Of a stretch of DNA of 64,000 bases, positions 38,773 through 51,900 are shown piece after piece. The notes under the pieces were generated by a model. That model did not search any database. It saw only the letters and a list, made by a program, of their open reading frames with translations, and was not told the DNA's origin. Positions within the stretch are counted from its first letter, which is position 1. Each line of letters starts with the position of its first letter. Origin of the DNA: Laetmonice hystrix (taxonomy: Eukaryota); assembly GCA_965235115.1 (NCBI GenBank), contig OZ249439.1, positions 12,710,001 to 12,774,000 on the forward strand, in the 5' to 3' direction. Position numbers and translations under genes: made by a program.

Positions 38773-41700
38773 CTGGATATAATAATATGGCGTCAGTGTC
38801 ATACCGATCAAAATATCGACTGGCCCCACTCCACCGACACAGCTAGTTCCTCTCTGTTATCTAGCCCCTACGTAAGGAAAGCAATGCAGCGATTTTTCAT
38901 GGTATCTAACCTTGGCATGACCTTGAAAAATGTCTGAAGTGACATGTTCGATCGTAGTAAAAATGATGCCCTTTCGGTTTTCCCCATTAACCCTTTGTCG
39001 GAATATGAATTTGCCTATCACAGAACTAGTTCAAGAAATTATATAATAATAGGCTAAGAATGTCGACACATGACTACTGGCTCAAGAAGGAACTGCTGGG
39101 GGTCTGGCAAATTTAAACATGAAGATATCTTATTTCTAGGACTTGGCTCTCTCATGAACATTTCATATCATGTGTACCTCTGCCTCTAAGAAGTTCCGAA
39201 ATCGTTTCGCCAAGAGCTGTTCTAGTTGTACGAGACTGCACTGAACGGCACCTCTTGGTATGTTAAAATGTGTAACCATGGTATGTAAGTGCACGTTTTA
39301 TATAAAAGAATTCAGTTACTATCACCTGACTTGTAGAAAAGTTCCAAATATGGTATCAAAGACTTTCAAACCATATATGGGAATGCAATAAAAGCTTTTA
39401 CACGTAGTTTTCCTCCTTAGTGTTACGACTGTCCCCCAAAGGTAGCATTTATACATATTTGACTTTTTATATTAAAATAAAGCGTGAACACGTACAGGCA
39501 CGTTCTTTTAGTTCCTTTCCAGGCCATACATCATTCTTACCTATGCAAACTATCCTCCATTGAGTACTCCTTACAACAAGGAAACCTTCTCAGTGTCGAG
39601 GAGAGGGCGTTTCTTTACTGCGTGACGGTTATGTTGACACTACAACATCAAGGTGGATTGGGGGGGGGGGGGTGCAGCCTCACTGTCAATCTTCCCAAAA
39701 TACATTCTCTCTTGTCTTCGGTATTTCAAATCCTACAAGGACATGCTCGTTTATGAATCATTTACCTTTAAACATCCAGATACTCCCTTGATCATGACTT
39801 GATGATCATTTTTTCTAAATGAACTTCAAAAGAAATTGCTATCATAATCTTGTTACCTCATGAAATGATTACTCCCAGAAACTCAGACAATAACGTTACA
39901 TCATATGCTCGCAGCAAGAGACTCTCACGTCTTTCTCATCTCCGTATAACCAGGTTCTCGGCCCTTTTGAAATTGGGCTCCCTAGGACCCTAGTACCATC
40001 TTAAATTTGAACATCCCCGCTCCATGTTATACGTAAATACAGGGGAAACCTGCGTTTAATGCTGCCTCCAATGTTACCAAGGTGACGAATCATATGAGGT
40101 CATTGTCCTGGTACCAAGTGACGAGCTTGTTTACCTGGGACTGTGACAGTAATTTCCCCTGTGGCCACCAGTTGAATCCGGTGCGATATATCTGAGACTG
40201 TACCTATTGTCGGCGGCTGGGCCGCCAGCCTACAGCAACCAGCCTTCCCAGAACTACTCAATGACCACCAACTGAGCGGACAAAACATGCCACTCCAACC
40301 TCTTATTTAGCCACACTATAACTATCAAATATAACTCGACATCAGTCGGAAAACACACTCCTTACGTTTGATCACCCCTCACGCTCGTTTTATGAAGAAA
40401 ATAACAAAAAGGATACAAGTGCATATACCCGATACATGTGTACTTTAAAACAGCGAGATACCGGTATGTCGTTTAGTCCTTGACGTCCAAAACATAATGG
40501 AATTTTAATTTCATGTTATTTCTAAATAGAAGAAAGACACATTTTCAGGGATTAAAATGACGTGTCTTCTTTGTCTCAAAATCGAGGCGAATTATCTTTA
40601 GAGTAAGAGTACCATATTTCCACTGCCTTGGGGGTGAATTTAATGAGCCTTGACAAATTAAGTTACCTTAGTTGCTTTGTCTGTGATTATCTCGACCACA
40701 AAAAGTAAAGTAGCACTTTATAAAACGAAAAACAACCCTGTTTTTCTTTTTAGTACGGAGTGCCCTTTTCACTTAATTTCCCAGTTTAATGTCTAGTTGC
40801 TATTATTACATTCAACAACGTTGGTAATTTTACCATTATGACATTTACCATAACTGCTGTACTGAACTGCAATGATGCCAAGTATAGATGGCAGGAATAT
40901 GAAACAACACTATATACATGTGTATAGTTTTGCTCTAATCTAGCCTACAAACCTTTCTCCTTTTTAACTGGGTACGTGTCTAACAGTGCGATTTTTTTCA
41001 CCTTCAGATCTCTGGGGTATTGTCTGTAAATCTCTCACAACTAGAGACTACGGATCCCTCGCTGACCTTCTGCTGGGCTTCTCTACTTAAATGAGAGCCA
41101 CATGATCTTTCATGGCCCTGACCCACGAGGCCCTTAAGTAGGTCACGTCCTGGGACCGTCCTTAACCTCAGCCTCGTGGAAGGGATCGTGTGCTATAACC
41201 GTGGAGAGAACGGACAGGGATAACAACTTGTATCCGAACTCACCTTCTTGTTAATTGTGCCATCACCGACTCCACCACTAACACTGCTGTTATCTACCCA
41301 TTACAACTGGGTCAAACTTGGCGCTATGATCATGTAATCACCCTAATAATGAGGTGACGTGGGAGAAAAAAAGACTGGCTGGATGCGTGTCAATGAAGAT
41401 CGAGTAAAGGGCCAAGAAAGGCCTGGTATAGCAGGCGTGGGAGTATGTGAGCCTGAACACGGCCTGACATCAGCAGGAACAATGTGTAGTATGTCCCCTA
41501 GACCCGTTATACTGTCCTTGTACTTTATAGGCCGACCGTCCACAGCACCACTGGTGGCGGATGGGAGAAGGCCAGCGAGGATCCTCTCCAGATAGAGTAT
41601 AAATATATATATAAATCAAAAAATGAAGTTAATGAACAAAAAGGTTAATAAATACACGAAATCCTAAATTAAATTTGGCAGGCTATGAAGTGCCCATTAA

Positions 41701-44700
41701 GACATGAACGACAAACAAAACAAATAATTAGTTTTACCCAGACAGTTCTGTTTTTTCACTGCATAGGTTTCACCACATGGGTCGGACCATGTACTGCACT
41801 GTATGGGTCATCCACTACAAAGGTTGGGTCCTTTATGTATCCTGGAGAAGCAGTCTGTATATATTCTAGTTTATTTCAATATTTTGACACGTTAATCAAT
41901 TTAATCAAGAGCTCTAGCTTGTCTCCGAAAACGAAATGTATCAATCAATACGGATTTAGAATGCAAGTGTTTGAATAAATCGGATGGGAATGGTATAAGA
42001 CCGGTAAGTTTTAAAATGTTTGGCCACCCACAGATATGACAGTTCGTTACCGAGGGACACACGTGCCATGGTGTGCTAGTTGTACAATGGATGTATAGTA
42101 TACAAGGACACAATGGGATGGAAAGGTTTGGCACCAGCCCAGATGTATGGTCTGCTCCTCACCTGCTCAAAATCTACCTGTCAGTTTTGTAGACTGTTGT
42201 ACTCTGCCCGATCATCAGTCTCCCACAGACTAAAACGGCATGCACACAGCCGATCGTACCTTTACTTGGTATCTTTCCCATTGAATAACGCTCATCGTCC
42301 GAGTACTGTCATGTCATATCATGAGAATATAATAACACGCTATTATACGATACACTTTCACAAAAACGGCACTGGACCTACTCTACTCCTGAATCTTGAA
42401 AAAATTCAGACCTTCTGGAATATTTGTAGGCAGCCACATACCTCTCTTTATGGCACTGCAAGTATCGGGGTACTTTCTTCTATTTCTTTTCAACGTTTTC
42501 CTTTTTGACACTAAAGAATACATTTCTTAATTCATCCCAGAGATTCTACAAAGGTAAACGGGTAATCTGCCGTGACCATGTGGCACTGAATGTATAACAC
42601 AGCACTTGAGCTATACACGTTACCAAACCACTACACCATGACAGACGACACAAAAGAATTTCAACGACGTTGCGAAAATATATCATCACTTCCTCTGACT
42701 TGATTAGCTGGCCCCTTGTTACCTGTGACCCTCTTATTGTTCACCTGGTCGATCTCCATTGTCTCGAGCCCAAGTCAAACCTCATTGAGCAGTCCACTCT
42801 CACCGACTCTTTTTGCCCTCTTCTCGGAAAGCACTGCCTGGATAACTAACAGCCATGACTGCTTCAGCCGCTGAACCATCGGGTCCATTGTCTTACATAG
42901 CTCTTCTAACTCACCGAGCTTTGTAGACAATCTATCTTTGAGATGATATATCACTCTTAAACATAAACTTGCAGAAGCGACGTCCGACATTACTGCACTG
43001 AAATTCTGAATTCTCCGACGTCACTGAGTCATGCCATGAAGCAATGAGCTGTAATACCTCATCTGACGTCCCTGATTCCAGGAATAAACCACTCAGCTGT
43101 GAGATCCGATCTGGAGTGGTGAAGGTAAGTATGAAGGGATTCCTACTGTTTGTGCACCAATCTAATAGGTATCCAAGAACAGAGGTTTGAGAAGGTTACC
43201 AGACCACGGGTCATGACGTGAACAAAACCCAGCCTTCCTGGCATCAAAAATAACGGAGCACATCAAACGTATTCACTCTCGGTTCTCTCGTCACAAAGTA
43301 CGGGCAGTGGATCACTTACAAACGAAAACCTCGACTGTAATAGCATGAAGAAACGTCAGCCACTATCGTCTCGCCACTCCATCACTCCACCAAGAGCAAA
43401 CCGGCTTGTTTTTCTCTGCTTCTTACATTTTACATGAGAATGTTACCTTTCTGAACAGTGACGGTGCAGCTACTACACAAAACGCCCCAGGGAATCATGC
43501 AGCAAATAAAACTACAGAGGTAAACTTCTTTGATGATAACATCAGTTGGTCTCCAACGAGCAATGAAACAAACACTGATGCTCGGGAAAAAATAACAAGA
43601 CCAGAGCGGACAAAAAGATGCCGAACATGCATAGGACGGAATGCCAAGCATAATATCATAAAGACCGTCTGCATTAATGAATGATAATTGTGGGAAAGAT
43701 GAAAAAACGCAACCATACTCCATAGATGGCGACTTTTGACTTAGACGTATTCATCTCCTTGGTCTATAGGACAAATGTGTCTGCCAACAACAAGTTATGA
43801 GTTTATATCACCTGGCGACACTGGTTTTTACGAGTATTTCGGCTATGAAGCCGTTACTCAGTCAATGACATTTACAGCTTTCTGGGTCCAGCGGGCTTAA
43901 TGACACAGTCATATAAGTTTTACTACAGCCTTGAAAAAGGCAACAACTGCTGTTGCTGGCTACTGTTTTGGTGCTATCAGGATCATTTGTGTACCACTCA
44001 CTGGGAAGCAAGGAAACCATAAAGGAACGTTCTACAGCACATTTTGCTTGGAACGTCCTATGTCAGACTAACGTAATCAGCAGCGAAAACAAAGTTTTGA
44101 AACGCCGTGCATTTTGAAAGACCTCTGCTCCCAGACACCAACGTAAACCTTGTGTATGGCCGTGAGCATGTTTATCTGAATCAGGTGCCATTTGCTCAAG
44201 GCTCATAATGACAGAGAACATTTTGAATGCCTCAAATCTGTCCGGAACCTGGCTACATTAGACACAGTCCACTCATCGCAGCTGCTGATCAGCAACATCC
44301 AAACATCTTGGTCAGGTTGAGGATAGATCATCCACACTGAATGATCCCCTTTGCTGAAGAGCAACATCTCCCAGGCGTGGAGGGTCCTGTGTTATCCATG
44401 GGGTAAGAAATGTGTTTCAGCGAAACTTTGAGATGACAAACTATCGATGCATACAAGATCTATACGGATAATAAAGGAGCCTCGACGACTTACCTCCGTG
44501 CCCTCCAGAGAACAGCTGAGTAGTGCTTTCTGTTGGTTACTGTCTCATTTACATACAATGGTCTAATCATAACAGGAGGACGGCCAGTTCAGCAGAGGTA
44601 CGCACAGCGCAGCCACAGCAGTGAAACCAGCGCCAACCATCGGGGCAACTTTGTCGGCCTCGACTTCAAGATGTGATTCTGTGTCCAGGTACAGAACATC

Positions 44701-45858
44701 CTACCTCCGGGCCCGGCCCGGGAGTGAGAAACTTGCCGCTCAACGAACTGGCCACGGTAAAGTTGATCACATTATAGTCGTTCAGCACTGCTGCACCCGT
44801 GCAGTTGAAATCCCCACTTACAAGTAGTGTGCTAAACTGTGTGCAGCGCTCGGTGCTGGTTGTAGAGGCCAGAGGTGGTGTTGGCTGTAAGAAGGACGCG
44901 CCTGGAGGCCAGTGATATTCACATCTCGGTACTGGCTCGGCGGTCGGCTGGTGACCCCCCCCCCCCCCCGCCCCCCTCCCTCCCCCACCACCGCCCGGCA
45001 CCGGCCCGGGCGACGGTCACACTGTCTCCGGGCACCTCGGCCGGGTGACGTCCTCTCACAGCGTCATCTCCGTCCCCCACTATCTTCTCACCGCTAACAC
45101 TAACAGGACTTCTCAGAACTACATCCACATCCACTCAATATGCACTATCCCCCGGAATGAGCTGCCTTTTGGCCGTGTCTGGGGAGTTTGGAGAGAGAGG
45201 ACGGCAGGGCTGAGCAGGGCGGTCTGACTTGATGGTGATCGTGGGAGCCAGGGCGCCTGACTCACGGCGGCCCGGTGAACGACCCATGCACGGCCAGAGG
45301 ACAGCCCCCAGCTAGTTACGTTTACCTGGCAGCCATAATATACATGGACTGACCCTGGGAATTGGTCGGAGCCAGCCGACCGCGACCACATATAGTTAAC
45401 AGAGAATCCAAACGGCAGACTCCGTCAGGTGGACGAAGTGTACGTAGAGATGGCCAGGTTACATGTCACGATAGGTCACACGCGGCCAAGGTGAGCAGTG
45501 CTAACGTGGAGCACTGTGTGACCGCTTGCCATCCTTTAACAGTGGACTGTGTCAATAACTCCTTACTGTAACAGTACGGCGCCATAAAGACCCATTACGG
45601 TAACAGTGGAGCACAATGTAAACAATCCACTAAGTACTGCAACAGTGGAGCACTATGTCAACAAGGTCCTGGAAGAGTGTAGCCCCTGTGTTGTGTTGGT
45701 CAGCGGAGCAACTTGGGTTTCTCACTTTTAATGCAAACAACATTGCTGAATCTTAAACAATTACCATGACAGTCGACAGTCAAAAAGACAATGGTATTTT
45801 TAAAATGGACAACATTAGAACGATTGACGTAAATGGTAAATTCAGTCTACACGATGTA

Positions 45859-46102
45859 CATGGTTTCCACAGGTTGGAGATATAGAAATTTCATGACTTT
45901 TCCAGACCAAAACTCCCAAATTTCATGACCAATTCCGGATAAAATTAACAAAATACACTAAAATCTCAGAATTATGCCCTAGTACGTCGTCGAACTCTAC
46001 AATTTAAGCCTAACAGAAGCTAAAATGTGGTTCCAAAGAAATCTTAAACTCCATCACTTTTCCAGGCCTGGAAAACCAAATTTCATTTTCCATGAAACCC
46101 TG
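45859..46102. mobile_element. Degenerate hAT-like MITE (ccatgac-rich family)
   Basis: catggtttccacagg ... ttccatgaaaccctg termini; internal tttcatgac/ttttccag motifs are shared with the adjacent element. Confidence 0.5.
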
Positions 46103-46125
46103 TAGGCCTGATGGTAGGCCTAATA

Positions 46126-46456
46126 CAGGGTTCCCACAAAAATCTGATAAACCAATTCCATGACTTTTCCATGACCTTTCCATGATGAAATACCTATTTT
46201 CCATGACTAATGGATTTCACTTCTGGTAAGAAGATGGCCTCCTCCTCCCCTTACAAAAAGACTGCAGCGCAAAAATATTAATAAATAGCCAGGGACAACA
46301 AATACATGAGAATGTGATGCCACATGATCATCGATTCCATGACCTTTTCCTTTGTATTTCACCTTTCCATGACTTTTTGAAAAATTACACTTTTCCACAT
46401 GACTTTCAATGAGTGCGGGTTTTTTTCCAGGATTTCCAGGATGCGTGGGAACCCTG
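46126..46456. mobile_element. hAT-like MITE with 12-bp TIR
   Basis: Perfect TIR cagggttcccac / gtgggaaccctg with multiple subterminal ccatgac repeats. No clean TSD. Confidence 0.7.
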
Positions 46457-46540
46457 CTACTAATATGCAACTTTTAAAACCTACACTAGTTGGTTGAAAT
46501 CAGGAGACAGGCCAGTGCGTTTTGATCTCGCTGCACGCTG

Positions 46541-46640
46541 GATCCCTGCCACCTACTGACCTCGGACATCAACTATACTCAGTGGCTCCCGATCCCTGCC
46601 ACCTACTGACCTCGGACATCAACTATACTCAGTGGCTCCC
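46541..46640. repeat. 50-bp perfect tandem duplication
   Basis: gatccctgccacc...agtggctccc at 46541 and 46591. Confidence 0.9.
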
Positions 46641-48071
46641 TCTGACGGGAAGGGTAGTCAACTCGCACTTCATCGACTCTTGGCCGATATACAGTTTCTG
46701 TACTTGCGGAGTATTTTATCCAGTATTCCATCTCCTACCGAGATGATGCCTGTCCACGCGTAAGACAATAGCTAATTGACTGTATTCCTTAGCAATGATC
46801 AAGATTTTGTTCTCTATACATCATTTATCAAGGTACATGGCCATTAGCCAATAAAAAACTCTTATTACCATGATAAACTATCCATAATAATGACTTTTTT
46901 CCTAGGTGTACCTACGTAGCATGATGCCCTAGTAATGTCTAAACAGTTCAGAGATTATATGTATTGCCCTGACGAACCCAGTGAGATCACCTCCTCGACC
47001 TCGTAAGGAGTACTTGGTTTGACTTGTTTGTACATACCGATATGGACTGTTTTCTGATAATTAAGGGCCCTTTGTTTACCAAGACTGGGCGGTTTGTGGT
47101 GACCGGCACTACCACGTGGGCTGTAAACACATTGGTCTTCAGGACATGTTTTGGACACACTGATTTACAGCACTGGCCGTGACCAAACATATACATGTAC
47201 TGTCAATATAATAATATATGTATTGATCCACAACAGGAACTTTCCACTTTCCATCGGGTTGAACAAATCTGGACTTATCTTGTTCACATTGGACTCACAG
47301 TTCATCCAAAGGATGGTTAATCCATGTAAATCCCATCTCGCTTCTTCCACGTGATTTATCATATTTGAATACTCCACACAAAAAAATGGGTACAAGAGTT
47401 ACCAATTTGTACCAATTTCACATGCAACACCAAGGCTCACAGATTTTTGCAAGAAACAAATCGATCCCCCTATTATCTTCCAAGAACTTTACTTTAGTAC
47501 ACTTTGTGACCGCTTGGCTCTCTTTTATAGTACAAAGATTCCTCGAGAACTGCTTTCCCAAGAAAATTCCACTTGTGTTGGGAAAGCGCGACAGGATATT
47601 GCGACATCAATCATGATCACTGGCGTTCAAAACAAAGCCTCGCTTAATTACAGCCATTTGAAGAATTGACTGGCATTTATCGCAGCTTTTAAAGTTTCAA
47701 TGTTTCAAAAAGAAAAACCTTAAAATCGTTATGTAAATTCTAGCACTTCACGGACGTCAAAGACATGGATGAAGGCAGTGAGAGAAGTAGGAGGGTGAGG
47801 GCGTGGGAAGGTGGGGAAGTGGCGCAGGTGGTGTACGCCCCCCCCCCCCCCCATATGATCCCTCCTCTGTGTGCAGGCTCCATATTTTGATGGCGCTCCT
47901 AAGTTTACCTGCCCCCTCAATCCGTCACCCACCTCCACCATGTTACACTATGTGAGGGATGAGAGGGTGGGATTTCTCTGCCAATGACCTCTGAACATGG
48001 CTATAGGTCCAGGATAAATGTCGCAGGCACACTTATTGAAAAGTCCAGTCGCGGCCTCGGACGCTGCTCCA

Positions 48072-48934
48072 TGTTGGTACACAGAGTATAGCGAGACACA
48101 AGTGTACCTCTCATTATGCCGACTGACACTTGATAACGAAAAATCTCCATGTTTGTACACAGAGTATAGCGAGACGCAAGTGTACCTCTCATTATCACCG
48201 ACTGACACTTGATAACGAAAAATCTCCCTGTTTGTACACAGAGTATAGCGAGACGCAAGTGTACCTCTCATTATCACCGACTGACACTTGATAACGAAAA
48301 ATCTCCATGTTGGTACACAGAGTATAGCGAGACGCAAGTGTACTTCTCATTATCACCGACTGACACTTGATAACGAAAAATCTCCATGTTCGTACAGAGA
48401 GTATAGCGAGACGCAAGTGTATTTCTCTTTATCACCGACTGACACTTGATAACGAAAAATCTCCATGTTTGTACACAGAGTATAGCGAGACGCAAGTGTA
48501 CTTCTCATTATCACCGACTGACACTTGATAACGAAAAATCTCCATGTTCGTACACAGAGTATAGCGAGACGCAAGTGTACTTCTCATTATCACCGACTGA
48601 CACTTGATAACGAAAAATCTCCATGTTCGTACACAGAGTATAGCGAGACACAAGTGTACTTCTCATTATCACCGACTGACACTTGATAACGAAAAATCTC
48701 CATGTTTGTACGCAGAGTATAGCGAGACGCAAGTGTACCTCCCATTATCACCGACTGACACTTGATAACGAAAAATCTCCATGTTCGTACACAGAGTATA
48801 GCGAGACGCAAGTGTACCTCTCATTATCACCGACTGACACTTGATAACGAAAAATCTCCATGTTTGTACACAGAGTATAGCGAGACGCAAGTGTACCTCT
48901 CATTATCACCGACTGACACTTGATAACGAAAAAT
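48072..48934. repeat. 79-bp tandem repeat, about 11 copies
   Basis: Unit gtacacagagtatagcgagacgcaagtgtacctctcattatcaccgactgacacttgataacgaaaaatctccatgt(tt). It produces the 79-bp-staggered ORFs in the track. Confidence 0.95.
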
Positions 48935-51900
48935 CAATGATGGGGGAAGACGACGCACCGGTATATAGTCAATGCATGCTTTAAGGTGAAATTGGCAGGT
49001 CAAGTGTCAATATTATGCACATAAGAAATGTAATAGATATTCAGATACGCGGCATGCCGCCCAGTGAGGCTTCACACCTTTCAAAGCAACCACAGTTTTT
49101 AGTCTTCTTCAGCCTGAATCTCTATCTCCATACAACAAATTATCTAGAATCTAGAGGCAGGAAGGAGGTGGACTGGAAATGCATCTGGCGCTTTCGGTAT
49201 CGGCCCACTGTGTGCCGGTTTCCTGCTGAATGGGAACAGCTGAGACGGATCGACCATAGCATCTGTGTCCAATAAATGCCAATTGACATGACGTTTGGAT
49301 TCGGCCTGACACATGGTAACCAGTCTGATCATGGAGTGTTTACCAAATCTCCACTCTCACACTAATGCGGGATGGCCTTGCTATAATGAACTCTAACCTC
49401 CACGGTTACTGGCGAGGGCCTCCTGGCCAACGGTACCTGGGATCCCAGCCAGAGAGATAAAAAAGGAAGAACGGGGAGGGCCTCCGTCAGCACACAGCAA
49501 CTTTAGGAAAACTGGGAATGAACCGGAGATATTTTGAGGTTCCTCTTTACAAAAAGTACATAATAAAGACTTTGGTATACTCGTTAACATCGAAAAATTA
49601 AATCATCATCAAGCTTGCAGTGTATATACATGTATACCAGTATCATTATTAAGCTGTCAAGAATATCCGCCACCAAAATGTAACTGCTGTACAGACTGCA
49701 ACTGTAAATCGGCAAAGTTAACCGCCAATGGTATCCATCTACTTCATGTTACTGATTGACAAGAGGGCAGCATCTTAAGAGGGGACAACATAATCTACTT
49801 AGGCAGTCTGACCACCCCCACCCCTTGCGGCGCTGCACCCCCATGTCGGCGGCGGCGGCGGCGGCGGCTCCAACTCCGTCCTTACTTGTTGTAGAGCTGT
49901 TTACCTACGACCACAACGCTATCCAGGCCGCGACACAACAACGTCCATAACCTTTGGATCCAGACAAGGGAATCAGACCCCTTCCCCCTCCATGCCCCAG
50001 CTCCTAGCCCGCCGGGTCTGATCGCCACCGCGTGAATTCAGCCCAAGTGTGTTGATCTCCATTTAACCTTCCTCTTTCTGATTCATTGCCACACTCTCTG
50101 CCTACCATCTCCTCAACTCGCGTACTTCTGCAAACACATGACTTTCATATCAATTTTTGTACGGTATGCCAGAGAAAAGAGCTACATTGGCGTACGGTTA
50201 TTATCAGTCTGCCATGGACGATTAGTCAGCGGCCCCTTGAAAAAATGTTCTCCTCTATATAAATCTAATCGCAATCGTCACCTTTCAGTATGCCGAATCT
50301 AAGGGTCGAACATGACTACGATAAGAGGATCGCAATGTGAAGCGGTTTACAGCATCTCAGCCTTCTACTGCCTAGATGAGTCCATTGGCTGGAAGCCGCT
50401 ATAGTACAAAATGTACCTGTATCGATTCCATACACCGCCAACAGCTACAGCCTTCGACCGTGGTTGAAGCGAGACAAGACAAACACTGGGTTCAAAGATA
50501 AAGGAGAAAAAGATGTACTAGCATGTTATGGCTAAGTCTAGAAATACTCATTGCAGGCCTGTGTGCCCAGAATGTAGTTTGTCTACCCTTCGTTATATTG
50601 TACGTGGAAACAATTGGGGATTCAGCGGAGATTATTTCCATACATTATTCCTTTTAGTAGTTTTACTCTTTCAGCCACGCTACGGAGCTGGTATTGATAG
50701 CATTCTGTAGATCCAAAGATTAACATAAGCTGTGCCCTCATCACTACCGTCACCCCTGAACCATCCAACCATTTGTTAGCTTCCTCTACTTGGTAATGCA
50801 ATTACCAATTTGGTGAATGGACGATCCATCAGGATTACAATACCGAGGTAGAGACACTGGGCAGTTTGACAACCAGGCTCCCGCATCACGTGGCCTGACG
50901 GCGACCAATCAGACTGGACCATCCTTGGACGCGTCCCTATCAGATTGAAACCATTCCATCTAAGGACCTGGCTGTCTCAGATTGAAACTATTCACTCTGT
51001 CCGTTCACAGTAATTCTTGGGCAAACAGCGCCGGATCAATCACAATCCTGAAGACATTGCAGGCATTGAAATGGGGACCACTGACCGCAGGGGAGCACTT
51101 GAGTCGGATACACACAACTCGGTTCATAGTCCAACTGGGAACCAGGTACATTTTGGTATCCTGTCAGTGAATCAGCCAGAGTCTGAAATCAGCCGATCAG
51201 GAAACAGGCAATGGACCGGAAGCAAGCAGTCAGGCTAGATTGTGACCTTGGAATAACCGCCGCAGAGGTTCTGAGTAAATTTTCCAATTTGTTAGATCAG
51301 GAAGTCCGGGACTTACTCCACTAATTTCTAATTTTAAGAGCTCTGTGGTAATATTGTAACGGTTCACGACTACCATGACTAGCCTAGGTACACGACTATC
51401 GTACAACTGAACGGCTGATCGCCAGCAAGTCGTTAGGCTTAGTCTCCCGACGGACCATGGCTTTCACGATGTGCCAACCTTGAAATCCATCTCTGATATA
51501 CAGTTATGTCTATGAGGTATGGACGTGACAGCAATGTGTCTGGTCTCCATCAGCCTCTTGGCTCCATATATATGCCTTTATTAACCTAACAACCTGGAAG
51601 CCTTTCCTCCCGGTCTCAGGGCTCCTATTGATCACCTTTTCCGAATTACACATTTACAGGTGATCTCGCATAGTATACGAGGCCTGTGGGGACGTGAGGC
51701 CTGCCAAGACTGAACCGTATCTAACGTCTTTGCCCTAGGAGGTGTCTGGGGTCTTGGTAGACCCCCCAGTTACTGCACAACCAATGCATACAACTCGTCC
51801 CCAGGAGGTGTGCGCCGACCATTAACAACGCGGCAGGGGCGCCAAGCAATGACTGAGGAAGCAGGCAGTGTGGTAAACTTTTCTCGACCCAATCTGACCA

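Noticed and set aside
38240-45180. Selenoprotein hypothesis for the TGA-interrupted exon-like segments
   Set aside because: TAA and TAG stops also interrupt the frames. The two stem-loops examined in the putative 3' UTR lack a proper SECIS core (missing 3' GA, or poor helix II). SECISearch would settle it.
2318-47852. Numerous 12-18 nt poly-G/poly-C tracts
   Set aside because: They mostly sit inside degenerate MITEs and look like a genome-wide background feature; homopolymer length is also unreliable in assemblies.
47948-48890. Series of 73-aa ORFs
   Set aside because: Generated by the 79-bp tandem repeat, each shifted by one unit.
19681-48934. CRISPR-like interpretation of the regular arrays (60, 92/115, 68, 37, 79 bp)
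   Set aside because: Units are contiguous near-identical copies without unique spacers, there are no cas genes, and the context is eukaryotic.
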